A stretch of DNA of 62,789 nt, counting the filler, from Choristocarpus tenellus KU-1152 (taxonomy: Eukaryota; Protista; Phaeophyceae): the NCBI GenBank assembly GCA_964200185.2. It is 11 parts of 11 records of this genome, joined end to end, with 100 filler letters (N's around TTAATTAATTAA, not from the genome) between each part and the next. Parts side by side here need not be neighbours in the genome. Positions count along the whole stretch, not along the records: positions 1 to 10,266 come from CAXNAD020003028.1; positions 10,367 to 13,336 come from CAXNAD020023275.1; 9 more parts are not named here. One strand, 5' to 3'. Below, in pieces: positions 1-12,761 of this stretch; the stretch's first letter is position 1, and each line of letters opens with the position of its first letter. The translations under genes and the position numbers were made by a program. The notes beneath the pieces are model-generated. The model had not been told where the DNA came from and ran no database searches. It saw only the letters and a program-made list of their open reading frames with translations.

Positions 1-42
1 ACCCCCACCCCCCCCCCCCCACCCCCCCCGATACTTTGACCC
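1..42. mobile_element. MITE family A, terminal fragment at contig start
   Basis: Poly-C followed by GATACTTTGACCC, the same terminus as the full copies at 56278-56461 and 57028-57193. Confidence 0.75.
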
Positions 43-181
43 GGCTGCTCATATTTTTCACCTATTTTTTTTTTTAATCTTTAATTGACGGAACGCGTAA
101 GGTATATTAAAAAATACCCCTTGTTCCAAAAATAGGACAGGGTTAGGGGTACCTTTATCATCTTTACAAGAAGAACAGGAG

Positions 182-215
182 TTAGGGTTAGGGTTAGGGT
201 TAGGGTTAGGGTTAG
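182..215 (+). repeat. Interstitial telomere-like tract (TTAGGG)5 + TTAG
   Basis: Directly visible perfect TTAGGG units, internal to the contig. Confidence 0.9.
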
Positions 216-324
216 AGTGTATTGCAACCGATAAGTGTTGTTCAGGGGAAAGGCACCGAGCTTAATGTGTAGTGTCATTCATGCCTGGTTTTAGGCGGGC
301 CCCAACCTTGTGGCCTGATTATCA

Positions 325-1710
325 TTAGCCTCTGGGCGTACATGACATACCGCTGCATTTCAGCACAGGGATCGGTTGCGTTCGGTTCACCATTTTGACA
401 CCAGATTTAGAAATAGTACCAAACTCCTTCCCTGAATGATTTAGAAATAATCTGCATGGATCGAAGTGGATGGAATTCTCACTACCGAAGTGGTGGATTG
501 TGAGAGTTAGTAGTAGCTGCACCTATGAGACCCTTGGTCCCTCAGGCAGATAATGAAATGGAGGATCACCAGTAGCACAATCTGAGAGGCCCAGTGATCC
601 GAAAAATAACCCTACCGAGTCGTCCAAGAGAGGAAGGGGCAGGCGTTTTTCCACTCTGAGAGATTGGAATCAACTCAGGTGGAAGAATTGGAGGGTGAGG
701 GAAAGGCTATCAAAGAGAATGGCAAATGCAAACGACTGCCTTCTACCTCAAGTTTGACATGCACTCTGAGAGACATATTCAATATATACTAGTATATATA
801 TATATGTCATCAAACCTCGTGCTTCCTCTCGGTTTTAACTTTTTTTCCTGCATAACCCTAACCCTGTCCCTCCCCAGTGGTTGCTGACGTGCAGATACTC
901 ATGGAAACAGGGGACAATGAAGTCTGCCTGCCAATAACTATTATTGTACTGCTTTTGGAGTACTGACTGACGACGCTGCTTGTACAGAAGGTTCTAACTT
1001 CCTGCATCCACCAGTATCAATCATCCACCGAGAGGCAGAGGAAATAGGAGGCACTCAGGTTTTTTGCCGCTTGCATTTAAAAAGCCGGACATTCAGTCTC
1101 TTTACATCATTTGCCCATGTTTCGACTGTTGAAGTGCTAAGTTTGACTTGAGTTTTGATTTCTCTATTGTTTGAAACTTTTAGACATCATTTAGGAAAGT
1201 TCCTATACGTGTTTGTAACTGAAACCGAATCTTGCACATGTTTTGTCAGCAGCCTTAAAATGTAACTCTGGGTACCCCTCACATTACCTTTGACTCTGAA
1301 CAAAGAACTCAGACGAGCGTCACAAACAACCCCACAATCACCATCCCATGCAACAGGAGAAGCCAGCCCATGGCACTGCACCAGTGAGTAAGGAACCCAA
1401 CAAGTAGGGGGAAACCTCACCCCTGATGTCTGTCCTAGACTAGCTCGCAACCTCTCTCTAAACTCCTGATATGCTTTCGTTATTATTCCCTTACCCGCCC
1501 ACCTCACACACAAGAAGAGATGGTCACCTTGATTTCTGAGGCTAGAGCAAGATGTGTCCTCTTGGAGCTGGGTGTGGGGGTATTTTTGTACAACCCTTCA
1601 AACAGGTCCTGAGCTCGCAGGCACAGCAGTCCACAGATCATGAGACCATTAGCACAACACCAAGGTAGAGGGAGGAAAAAGTGGAGGAGGAGGAGAAGGA
1701 CAAGGATCAA
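325..1710 (-). mobile_element. Decayed Ty1/Copia gag-protease remnant
   Basis: Minus strand reads WMIDTGG at 1007-1027 (Copia protease W-I-x-D-S/T-G motif). It is preceded by a degenerate knuckle (HFNSRNMGK*CKETECP, ~1080-1135) and followed by SIHFDPCRLFLNHSGKEFG (ORF 325-522), resembling the post-protease region. Many stops and frameshifts. Confidence 0.45.
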
Positions 1711-3535
1711 TGTGCAATATGACTGAAGGTATGTGAGGAGGACAATGGGTGATGTTGCGACCCCTCTAGACAGTCAAGAAGATCAAACTAAACCGTTGGA
1801 AGCATTGCTCCTCAAAATGCAAAGGTCAAGGGACAGCTTTGATTGGAAGGGAGTAGTAGAGAGCAAAAACGAAGATGCAAGAAACAAATGCGTCCACTGT
1901 GTTGTACGTCAGTACTACAATAATAGTATTGCTGCTTCTCATTGATCAATTCAACAGAGCGTATGCTTGCATAATTTCCTGCGCCAAGCCATGCTGCTTA
2001 CAGTCCCTTCACCACCAACAAACCAGAACACTCCTCTTGTAGCAAGGCTGCGCCTACACCACCCCCACCCGCACCTGGAAAAACAAACAGGAATCTGATG
2101 TCCAACCACCACCCCTCAAAAACTCCCTGAGAGACAAGCATTTCCCAAGGAAAGACAATATATTTAGCCTTAATTTACAACTTCACCTAGACACCTAGAA
2201 GTCATGTGATTATTCCCCCCCCCCCCAAAAAAAAAACTCTTATCCACCTATTTGGATTACAAAAAACCCTTTTACCTTCCCCTCAGATCTGCCCGGTATA
2301 TCCCACGTCCGAGCCAAAGATGCAGGCTGAAACATGGTAGGCCTTGGTTGACTACACCTCTTCACGGCATCCCCCCTACCCGCCTCCCCCAGCCGACGCC
2401 CCAGCTGCTCAGAAGTCTCTAGGAACCAGGTGGAAGGGCGGACTTCCTGGGCTGGAACCGCGAGACCAATGGCATTCTGACACGAATCATCCTGAGACCT
2501 ATGTTTTTTGTTCATGCAAAGGGGTGCAAAAAGAGGAGGAGAGTGGACACACAGCTGTGCAGGAGAGTTCACAGGGAACACACTCAATCCCTACGTAAGG
2601 CCAAAGCTGCAGTAAGCCCATCCATTACCCCGCTGCTCGTACCTGTTGTCTGCACCACACTTTGGGCAACACCATGCTTCTGAAGTTGACCCAAGAACCC
2701 CTGTTGTCCTCTTCTCCTTGGACAGGGAAAGCACCTTTTGCTTCTGACCTGCCTGCCACTGGGAATACAAGCGTTCCCCGACATCCCAGTAAGTTCCACC
2801 CCTGGTGGTGTTGCTGCTGGAGCCCCGCCCGTCCACTGTGTTCCCTCCACCGCCCCCACCCCCTTCACCCATGCCCCCACCCTCTTTCTCCTTTCTGCAG
2901 ACGCCGTAGGTGTACCGGTTATTTGTGAGCTTCCTAGTTTTGGCGCAAAGGTTGGGATGGCCCAGGGAGGAAGAGGCGATCTACTAGGTAGGGGAGGAGT
3001 CATCGAAGGTGAGGGAGAATGGCGTGTGAGAAAGGCAAGAGGAAATCGTTTGCGATCAATGCTTGCGAGGTTTCTTGTGTAATAATTGACCTGATCCTAG
3101 CACAATCTGTGAAGTCATTGTTGCTCCGTCGCCACACAGGGTTGCCAAACACCTGTCTCCAAATCCCCTACCTAGTGCTACACAATACTATTGTTGTTTC
3201 CAAGACGATATCTCTCTTCTCTCCTGAAGTCCCTACATTAGCCAACCTGTCTTCTCATTTTTTCTCCTCTCAACCACAATTAGGTGGTCAACTGTCCATC
3301 ATGCTGTTTCTCAGTCTTTCTTTTCCACCCACCTCTAGTAAACAGCACGAACAATCTGATTGCGCACTCATCCAACTAACAGAACAATGGACTTCTCTCT
3401 CGCCCACAAGAGCTTCACCTGCCTTGGCATGCCCACCCATGCCACCCAATCGCCAACCCCCAGAGTCACATAACCCCCCTTACAACAATATTTTCCCATA
3501 AAAAATTACCCCAAACAGACTACTGTGCTCTCAAC

Positions 3536-6500
3536 CTATTTCATCCTTGCCTGTGCCAGCTCCTCCTTCAAAAGACGTGTGTTATTGAGTTTCCTCTCGA
3601 CAATGTCAGAAACCCTGTGCAGACGTTCAACTGAAATTTGCTGCTGGACAGCTTTGCTAGAAAGAGGCCGCCTTGACGCACAGCCCGCCTCCTTTGTGCC
3701 CGGACCCATCCAACCATGCGCTCCCCCTGATGCCACTTCCCCTGAGGTATGTGCAACAACCCCTCCGAACATAGGAGGCCTTGGTTTGCTGCTCACCTCC
3801 AACCCACTGTCAGACCATTGTGAGTTTTCATTGTTTCCTGGCCAGCACCTACTGCTACTACCTCTAGCTCCACTATACCCAGGACTCCTTTGTCCTTTCC
3901 ACATGTACACTCTGCCCCTGCTCTGTCCTCCATGTGAGCTCTCGCTGCTAATCCTACCTGAGCCTTGCTCCCCCACCCCACTGGAGCTGTCCCTTGAATG
4001 CGCAGTGCTTGCTGTAAGAAAATCTCCATGCTCGTTCTTTCTAAGCCCTCCCCCAAGTGGTCTGCTCCAAGTTGCACGGACCCGATAGAACATGGCCTCT
4101 TCATCGGATACTGTAGGCCTCGATCCTGTGGAAGTGGTCTGGTGAAATCCAGAGCATTGATTGATGGACTCTTCTTCCCTACTGTAGCTGTCATTCCACC
4201 AACAGCGCACATTGTTGTCTGTGACTGATGAACCCTGTCGAAGGTGTTTCTTGCCATCTGACGGTCCTACTTCCCCTTTATCTTGTGTTGTAGACGGAAT
4301 CAGGGATAGGGAGAGGGAGGTATCGTTGTTGGCTTGCCTGGGGCAAGGGCAGGGGGAGATTTGAGGCGAGGGGGGGTATCGCCAAAAAGGAATCAAAGAG
4401 AGAACTCCAATTTTTTTGTTTTGTTTCCTAGGTTGGTAGGGCTGTAGAGCTCAAGCAACACTATTATCGACGATAGAGCACGCATGTTTTCTATGCTTCT
4501 ATGCATTTTCTATGAATGATAGGACAACTTTGCATCGTATTCAATATCATAATGACCACTTGGGGTACACCGATTGATGTGATAAAGGAGATACTTATTT
4601 TTTAGGAGGATCCCCAAGAAATGAAACAAATACCTGGAAGTATTTGTTTGACAAGCACTTTTTTATAATAAACAATCGAGTGTTGCTGGAAGTACCCAAA
4701 ACAGAAAGTAGAGCAAATAGTATCATGGAGTACATAGACATGGTAGAAACACCATTGATAACAACAAGGGAAAGTGAAGCGAAAACAATTCAATACCCAC
4801 AACCCACACAAGGCACAAGTCTCAAACAGTCACATATTCACAACACCATTGACACTGCTCAACCAACTCCAGCGTCCTGGTATCATTCTCCATCCTCAAT
4901 AATTGGCACAGACTCCCAGCACTCACAGGGCAAAATGCCTCATGCAGATGCCGGCATGGTTGTCTTAGAACAGTCAAGGAACCAATTGAGAACTCATTAC
5001 AGTTGTAACCAAAGGATTGAGCAGCTTGTAAGCCAGGAGATGGAGAACTACGTGATGGTCTACTATAGTGATGCTGTCTGTACGATAGTAGCTCTCAGTG
5101 TTTACAACTGATAAGAGTACGTACGTGGAGTACTTGTACTCTCGAATGGTCATACTAGTAGCATGGCCTGCAGAAACAGAAAGGTAGTAGACTTCAGTTC
5201 ATTCTGGGCAACAGCTTGATAATACAAAATAGTTACAATATATGCTGCAATACACTGAAATCAAGTGACCTATTATTGACACGCAGTACTACAGTACTAC
5301 TGAGGGCATATTTCAACAACAGAACTAACAACATGCCTTTTTCACAAAACTAAATTATCGATGGATAGCTCTTCTACAGAAAGGATATGGTGAGGGGAAA
5401 ACCCAGAGTTCACAAACTGAGACCACTACGTAGTGCATGGCATCAAAGAGTTTGCACTAATGCAACGTAGTAGCTCAAAGAAATGTCTACCTTCTTCAAT
5501 ATTCAATTCGGTGGGACTAGAATATAATTTAGGTGAGACTTCCTTTTTGGCTTCCTCCCGACAGCACAAAGAAGGTTGTTCCTAACCCTTTCAGTATGCC
5601 CAACGGCAAGCCCCACTTGTAAATCATTGTCCAACTAGATATTCTCTCTTCTCACCGTTAGTTACATTGCCAGAGTCAGGTGCTTCAACCTTGCCGGGTT
5701 CTGCCCAACCTTGTTCCCATTCACGTGATGCATTCTGTGGCTTCAACGCCACATTTTCGGATGGAGTATCCTCTTGTTCCTGATGACTCCCCCCTTCTTG
5801 CATTTTTCCGCCAAAACTTGAGTTGTCACTCAAACTATTGGTGGATTGCATGTGGGTGTGTTTACTGGGGTCCCAGCAGCGCCCGTCTGGTCCAACAATA
5901 TTGCCTGTCTCGATGGTTTTGGCTTTAATATGCTCTGCGACCGCGTTCGCATGCTGCAATCCAAGGCGATGCCTTGAAGTTCGCGAATTTTTATTATATA
6001 TTTTTGGTGAGGATTGGACTGGTTGCTCTGTGTGCTGGTCCTCTCTGCATCTAATGCCCCCCTCGCGTGTTGGGGCTTCAAACAAGATCTCGTGGGATCA
6101 ACCACTGGAACGACTATGTGTCATGGCATCTCCACTACACAGCATGGTGTTGGTATTCTAAAGTTCAACCGTTTGCTGGGTAGCGTGCCGAGACACTACT
6201 ATGCACAAACATCAACAGTAACGTAACATAAATTAGATACAGTTATTTGTATTGGAGCTAGAAGTGTGCAGTAGATCCACATGGTAGGACTTGCAAGCAC
6301 CTCGTCTCTCAGTGCAAGGCATTAACCCCGAAGTACACACACCTTAGCACAAATCCTTCGGCCAACTCTCTGATGCATCCTCCTTCGTAGACATAGAGTT
6401 CTTCCACCGTACCCAGGATTTGACTCTGGATATCGATGATAAAGAGGAGAAGGGGGAAATGTTCGTTCGTGACCGATCGAGCCCCCGAGGCGTTGACATC

Positions 6501-6542
6501 AGTAAGACTTTCAGCTTCCTTCCGACCGTATTTTGTCCACAT
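3536..6542 (-). pseudogene. Putative multi-exon gene or decayed gene of unknown function, head-to-head with the DUSP gene
   Basis: Exon-like blocks at ~6542-6345, ~6105-5657 and ~4282-3536. A phase-1 donor (AACG|GTGAGA) matches a phase-1 acceptor (ACAAG|ATAAAG). The last block is Ser/Gly-rich and ends in a coiled-coil-like ERLHRVSDIVERKLNNTRLLKEELAQARMK. In-frame stops near the junctions prevent a clean model. Confidence 0.3.
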
Positions 6543-6850
6543 CTTGTCCCAATCCTCTCCTCTCTTATTAATGAAAGAGAAGACTAGTTATGGGTAGTTT
6601 CCCTTTTTCTGTTCCCTCATCAGAAATTTGTCTGACCTCCCCCTTCCATCTTTCCATCTTTCCATCTTTCCATCTTTCCACCCTTCCATATCTCCCCCCA
6701 AAAATAGAATAATATATTACCGTTTCACAACAAAAAATCCGAGAAAAAGCCTTCCATTCCGTTGAGGACTTGCGGTTTGGTTTCTTGTTTGTTTCTCTAG
6801 TAGTAGGAACCCAGTTTTGACTAGTGAAGAAGGGAAGAAGAGGAGCAAAC

Positions 6851-9802
6851 ATGGGTTGCAAGAGCAGCAAGGCTGGTGAGAATGTGAATGAAAATCCAGT
6901 AACCCAGGATGATAAGCGGGAACTTCCAGTTGTAATCACCAAGAAGGAACATGCTGAGTCGGCCAGAACGAAGGAGATTCGCCTCCTGATTGAAGCTGAG
7001 AAGATCAAACCAAAGGCAAGCTGTCAGTGGCGGAGGAAGGGATGAGGGTCAAGCTGCTTGCTTGAATGGATCTTGTGTTTCCTCCAGAACATATTTTGGT
7101 CATTATGTTGTTGATATCAAATCAAAGCGACTGTAATTGTTCAAATCCAACCAATATATCAACATCCAAGTATTAGAATGCGAGGGTGCGCAAGGCTTCG
7201 ACTATGTGTTTTGACTGTTTGCACTCCAATGTCCTGAGAAGGGGGAAAAATAATGCTACATGGCATCTATCTTTGGTCCTAACAATGTTGACGGCGCACA
7301 GATTGGCGAGCCATGGTACATCGTTGAGAGTGCTTGGGTTCGCCGATGGCTGGCATACGTCACATCTGCCAAGGGTGCGAAGAGACCGGGTCCCATCCGC
7401 AATTCCAACCTCCTGGTGAGGGTCTTTCATGGAGAAAAACATGCAATTTAATAGGCGAGGCGTTGTGCATACTTGGTGACGTTTACGCTTATCTTTGGTG
7501 GGGAACAGGGTGTTGGTACTGACGCGTCAAGAACGGCACCGTCCACTTCTGTGGATACCGATGCCGGACTCATCTTGAAAGAAAGGGTGACCACCAAGCA
7601 CCAGGTTGCCCCCCAAGTCCCCAGGCCCCTCTCCTTCATGCACTGAGTCACATATTCGACTCATTCAAACAGAGATTTGTTGTACATTCCCACATCCAAC
7701 ACTAACTACGAAGAGAGCCATTTTCTAACCCTCAAAGGAAAGAAATTTCCGTCGATCAGTCTCTCCTTCTCATAAAAGAGACTCTTCCTTGACCAGCATG
7801 AGAAATATGAAATGCACATCTGGTCGATTGGCAACCATGACTACCTAGTAAAGGCCAAACTACGGTACCCTCGATGTGAGTTTTTTGTTGAGAATCCTCC
7901 CCGTTCTTGTCCAGTTTTGACCTGTACATGTATGTTGGGAACTTTAAACGCTGTTGCCTACTGTTTTTTGGCTCCACTTTGTCGTCTCCCAGAGGTATGA
8001 TGGTGATACCGGCACGTGGGGACCCAAACCGCTGTTGAGGTCGGCAGGAAGGGAGAACATGGGTCATTTCCGAAGAGTCTCCATGGCTGCATGGAAACAT
8101 TGGTTAAAACTCTACCCTGACAGTGGGCCCGAGATCTGGGTGGTGAGTCAGAGGTGCAGAGAAGATAGCATAGAGGGGGAGGGGGAGGGAGGATGTTTCT
8201 GGTGTATCAACCCACTTGTACCATTAGCTTGTGATGTAGTGGTGCCTATTCTCTTGTGAGGTGTATATTGCAGAGGACCGTGGCCATGGTACATCTTTAT
8301 GCTCTTGTGCATTCAATGCAGCTCATTGCTGGGTTGATCGAGGAGGGCCACGAAGGACAAAGATGCTGCCTCCCTGAGCATGAGCCTGGGCAGTCATGCC
8401 GAGAAACAACCAGTGAAGTTCACGTTGAACACCTTGTCAATTGCAGGAGAGGAGCCATCATTGTTGCCTGTAGATGGGTTATTTTGAGATGTTGAGGCCT
8501 TACGTACCTCGCTGTGTGTTGTGTAGGGAGGGTTGTGCATGTTACTGTTATGTTCTAGCCCCTCTTTTATTCATGCTGGGGTTATGGTTAGGGCTAGGGC
8601 TAGGGCTAGGGCTATGTGTTGCAAAGCCCTGCTCCCTCATCTGACGCATGCAAGAACTTCAACTGATATTGCTGACGTTCTTAGGCGATAAAGCCTTCCA
8701 CTCACCCTAACGATTTTAAGGGATACTGACTTGGAGTCTTAGATAGTGATACTCTTTCAAGTTGTTACAACATGGGAGTGTCAAGGTATGTTTTCTTCTG
8801 TGTGATTATTTTGGACATGTTGGGGACATCAAGAACATTACATATGTATATATATATATATGTATATGTGCTCCAATTTGTGAATATGCCCTGTTGTGAC
8901 ACAAAATGTGTTACTGTTGTGGGCATGTTCAGTTCAGTGTGAAGGAGGATTCACTGTCCAAGAAAATCTTCGTCGCATTGACAGTGAGAGATTAAAAAAG
9001 TGAAAGTAAAAGCATGTGCTATATTTTTTTGTAAGGTTCACCTGATACAAAGGGTTGTGGTTGGTTGTAATCTGTGACCACTTATTCCAGAACTAGTTAT
9101 ATTTTCATTCTTGCTGCTACTATTATTATTATTATTTTTATAAATTATTATCTTCAACTATAATAATAGCATGTGCTTTGGGGTACATAAATATGAGGAG
9201 AGGGGAACAACTTAAGGAGCAATGCACTTGAGTCACGCCAACTGAGAGGATATTACACCTTTTTTTGGGACGTTTTTTCATTTGTTGCATTATTTTAACC
9301 CCTATGTGATACACCCTACTTTTGCATTTTACTTCCAAGTAAGGTGCCTCCGCTAAAGAGAGGGTGACAAACAAACAAAAAATGAGCAAAGGGCCACAAA
9401 AAGTGTCTTTTTCGCCATTTCCGGGAATCCTTGCAGTGGAAAGTTTGTGTGCCTCTTCAGATAGGAAGAACAGGATTGCATGATGACTCATTTTGGATCA
9501 ATGCTTTGGTTCTGTCCACCAGCCAGTGTGCTTCTCACTGTGAAAGATCCCCAGTTTTTTCAAATTTTGTGGGGGAAAGCCAGTCGAAACATAACCCCAT
9601 TCTTCTTTTTCATGCTCCCCTCCCCTCCCCTCCCCTCCCCTCCCCTCCCAAACCTCCCGTCCTGCAGGCGACCATACCACTAGACAAGACAGAAAATTGG
9701 CATGTAGCACCGTTGTCCCCGTCAGACCCCAACTACCGGAGTGGAGGTAAACCAAAAAAGAAGATCCGTGATGCGGACCTGGAAGGGTATGGTACCAGGT
9801 AA
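6851..9802 (+). CDS. N-myristoylated/palmitoylated DUSP-domain protein (exons 6851-7015, 7302-7415, 7993-8142, 9668-9802; 187 aa if TAA 9800-9802 is used)
   Basis: All introns phase 0. N-terminus MGCKSSK. IGEPWYIVESAWVRRWLAYV...PGPIRNSNLL and FRRVSMAAWKHWLKLYPDSGPEIW match the DUSP pattern (domain present in ubiquitin-specific proteases). An AG|GTAAG donor overlaps the stop, so the gene could continue off the contig. Confidence 0.8.
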
Positions 9803-10013
9803 GAACTGCTTCTGTTGTTCGTGGTACAGACCGTATGTCAAAGGAGGTGGAATAATGTGTGTGTGTTTATGTTTTTTTTAGAAGACGACGTGGGGGGGGG
9901 GGGGGGGGGGGGGTTGGGGAGTTGGGTGGGTTTTGAAGATACTATAATAAATACTATTAGAAAGAATNNNNNNNNNNGTGAGAGTGGGTGTGGTTGGTTT
10001 TGTTTTTTTTGGT

Positions 10014-10045
<32 letters not shown>

Positions 10046-10266
10046 GTGGTGCTTAGGTCGGTCTTGAAATGTCATATCTTAGCATAGTCAAGAGTAGAGT
10101 GTGCTGCACTGGGTTTGGTGGGTTATCAACAGACAAACAAATAAAAATTGAAGCACTGTGGAGACTGCCTTGATGAGAATCACGTTTCTGCCCCAGTGTC
10201 TGCTGGACACATCACCCCTGCCATATCTACCCACACACATGTAACTGTGCCTGCCCTCTTTCCCCC

Positions 10267-10366
10267 NNNNNNNNNNNNNNNNNNNNNNNNNNNNNNNNNN
10301 NNNNNNNNNNTTAATTAATTAANNNNNNNNNNNNNNNNNNNNNNNNNNNNNNNNNNNNNNNNNNNN
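10267..10366. other. Artificial contig linker (44 N + TTAATTAATTAA + 44 N); identical linkers at 13337-13436, 17091-17190, 20190-20289, 24964-25063, 27846-27945, 39358-39457, 45148-45247, 52818-52917, 56491-56590
   Basis: Ten identical 100-bp spacers whose core gives stops in all six frames; plus a 10-N scaffold gap at 9968-9977. Confidence 0.97.
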
Positions 10367-10401
10367 CCCCCCCCCCCCCCCCCCCCCAGATACTTTGACC
10401 C
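10367..10401. mobile_element. MITE family A, terminal fragment at contig start
   Basis: Poly-C + AGATACTTTGACCC terminus. Confidence 0.8.
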
Positions 10402-11432
10402 TGCCATCACATAGGTTCTATTATTGTTGATAGAAGTGTGGACGGAATGGGTTTCTTGTTTTCAAATGTATTGCAGTTAAGGTTAATGTATTAGGCCTTT
10501 TTTTATTGTAAGCAACACGGACAGCTTCTGTTATTGTTCCTGTGTTTGTTTCAGCCTCGTATATATATATATGCTTCTCCTCACGCACCTCTTTATCCCT
10601 TCTCGTTTGTTTCCTTGGTGTGAGATGTGTTGGGTAGGTGAGTTGGTGTAACTTCACTCTTATGGGGTTTACGTATTATACCTGAGATTTAAACAGTGTG
10701 GAGTGTATATTGTCTGCTTCATCTTGACCATCGTTTTAGAATGTTAGTAATAATCCTTAAATAGTAGTAACAATATGATACAATGAAAATTATGATTTTA
10801 ATAAAGTAACATCTAAGAATGTTGACAAACGTCATTGGGAATGGCAAAATATTGATTCTCTACCTTGTATGTCGTTTCTTGTCTCCCCATAACAACAAAA
10901 TCGTAGACTGACTCTCTCTCTTGTTGTTGTTATTGAGTTACCCACTCTCTGCCCTTGTGTCGCTTCTTGTCCCCCCCAATAATATTTCCTGCTTAATACC
11001 AAGAACCATCACAAAATGTGGATAAGTCTACACAATAATAGATGATATTCTTACCCCTTTCCTGTCAACAAGCAACCCTTTTTTTTTCTTGATAGCAGCA
11101 ACACTTTGTATTGTTGTATTGATATTGTCGTACTACATCAAGTGCGATATGTCTGTACTGAATGCTGGACTTTGAAGTTTGAATTTCTACAGGTCCACCA
11201 AACTTCCTTGTACACTCTATAGTTTTGCTAGTGATACAAGTATCTATAGTGTGAATGGATGCATAAAGCTGTTAGAAGAGCGGGTGAAGATGTTGAACCA
11301 AGGTAGTAATTTTTGAAAATTCCCTCCCTCACACTCATATACACCAAGCACACAACAATAATCCCTGTCACACAATCAAGTCCCTCTAGCCGTTTTTCTG
11401 TGATTCAGTGGACGAAGTTTGCGCTGTCACAA

Positions 11433-12177
11433 ATGAGGTCGGTGAAGACCATGAAAATCGCGATCGCTACTCTCCTAGGGTGGACTGTTTTGCTGTCGAG
11501 TGCTTTCGTGCCATACATCGTGCCACACCTCATCGTGAGGGCCGGAACGACAACGACTATCCACGCCGCAACTTACGATAAGGTGGAGCTCTCTACTGTA
11601 GAGCAGATTATTGTTGCTGCTATAAATATTTCTAGATAAATGTGTAATTGGTAATACGAATTGTCAACCAGAGTTTACAAATTCCACTCACTTCACTTGG
11701 GTATTGTACTCCATCATTGATGAACCTATATATATATGCATATTATAAGTTTATGTACTCCTTTACGTACAGTAGATAATGCATGTATGTGCTATAGATA
11801 TCTACAGTGTATGTTTACTCTCCTTCCTTCCTGCTAATCGCTTCCTCTTTTTGCACCACCACCACTCACTCGATGTCCCCCGACTCTGGTCTTCACCTTC
11901 CCGAACCTCCACATACCATCGACTTTAGTCTGATGTGCCCGTAGAACGCAAGGGGGACTCAAATCAGGGTGAAATGAGGGAGTACACCGGGTCTAGGCCC
12001 TGGGGAATGTTGAACACGTTCTGGCCCCGCATGGCAAACACCCTAGACCAAATGGAGAGAGAGCTTGGTGTATTTCCAAACTTGATGTCTCCATTTGGCG
12101 GGTCCAGCTTCAGTGAGGGGTTGTTTGGACTCTCAAGGCCCCTCTCGCTCAGTAGTGGCAGCTTGGATCTGAAGGAG
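11433..12177 (+). CDS. Plastid-targeted small heat-shock protein (HSP20 family), 5' exons 11433-11582 and 11929-12177; remainder off contig
   Basis: Signal peptide MKIAIATLLGWTVLLSSA|FVP (ASAFAP-type bipartite motif) with a Thr-rich transit region. Exon 2 has WPRMANTLDQMERE and ends in SLDLKE, the usual start of the alpha-crystallin domain. Phase-0 GT-AG intron; GTAAGG donor at 12178. Confidence 0.7.
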
Positions 12178-12761
12178 GTAAGGGAATAACGCCACCACAA
12201 ATATTTATATGTACGTTTCGGTTTCCCCTGCTGTGCATGTAAAAGTTACAGTACTTGGAAGTAATGAACTACTACACATGAACTACAAGAGCCTACTCAA
12301 CTACTTGGTATTATTATAGTAGTGTGCTCCCAAGTATTAGTGCTGGTATGGTGATAAGTTATTCAGATTCGGAAGGGGTGGGACTACTATATATGAGAAC
12401 AATATAACCCTGAATACCCTATCAATCTACTGCCATAAATTAATAATTTGTACAGGAAGAAATATACTTCCACGTAAGTACATAATATGCGAGCCTGTCT
12501 GCACACTTGTGATGCAAGAGGTGTCCAGGGTGCAGGATGGGGTTTCTGTTTATGTAGCAATACAATTGTGATTCCGTTGACAAACGACTCTCTCCCACCT
12601 TAATTAAGACCCACTCCTTCCTGTTGGTAACTGGTGGTGGTATGTTTGTCTCTGGTTTTGCATAAAGTGCCGTCCAGGGGAAGTGCTATTATCTGTTGCT
12701 GCTCTACTCAATTGGGAAACAGGCTACGGGTTCTAGGTAATAGACCAGCAGTGCATAATGG

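Noticed and set aside
2240-3100. Protein-like minus-strand ORFs (2584-3003, 2240-2587) as further exons of the 3536-6542 gene
   Set aside because: Separated by stops and a frame change, no recognisable domain; cannot be joined credibly.
10311-10322. Regularly recurring TTAATTAATTAA palindrome (10 times)
   Set aside because: Always centred in exactly 44+44 Ns: an artificial concatenation linker, not a repeat array or CRISPR.
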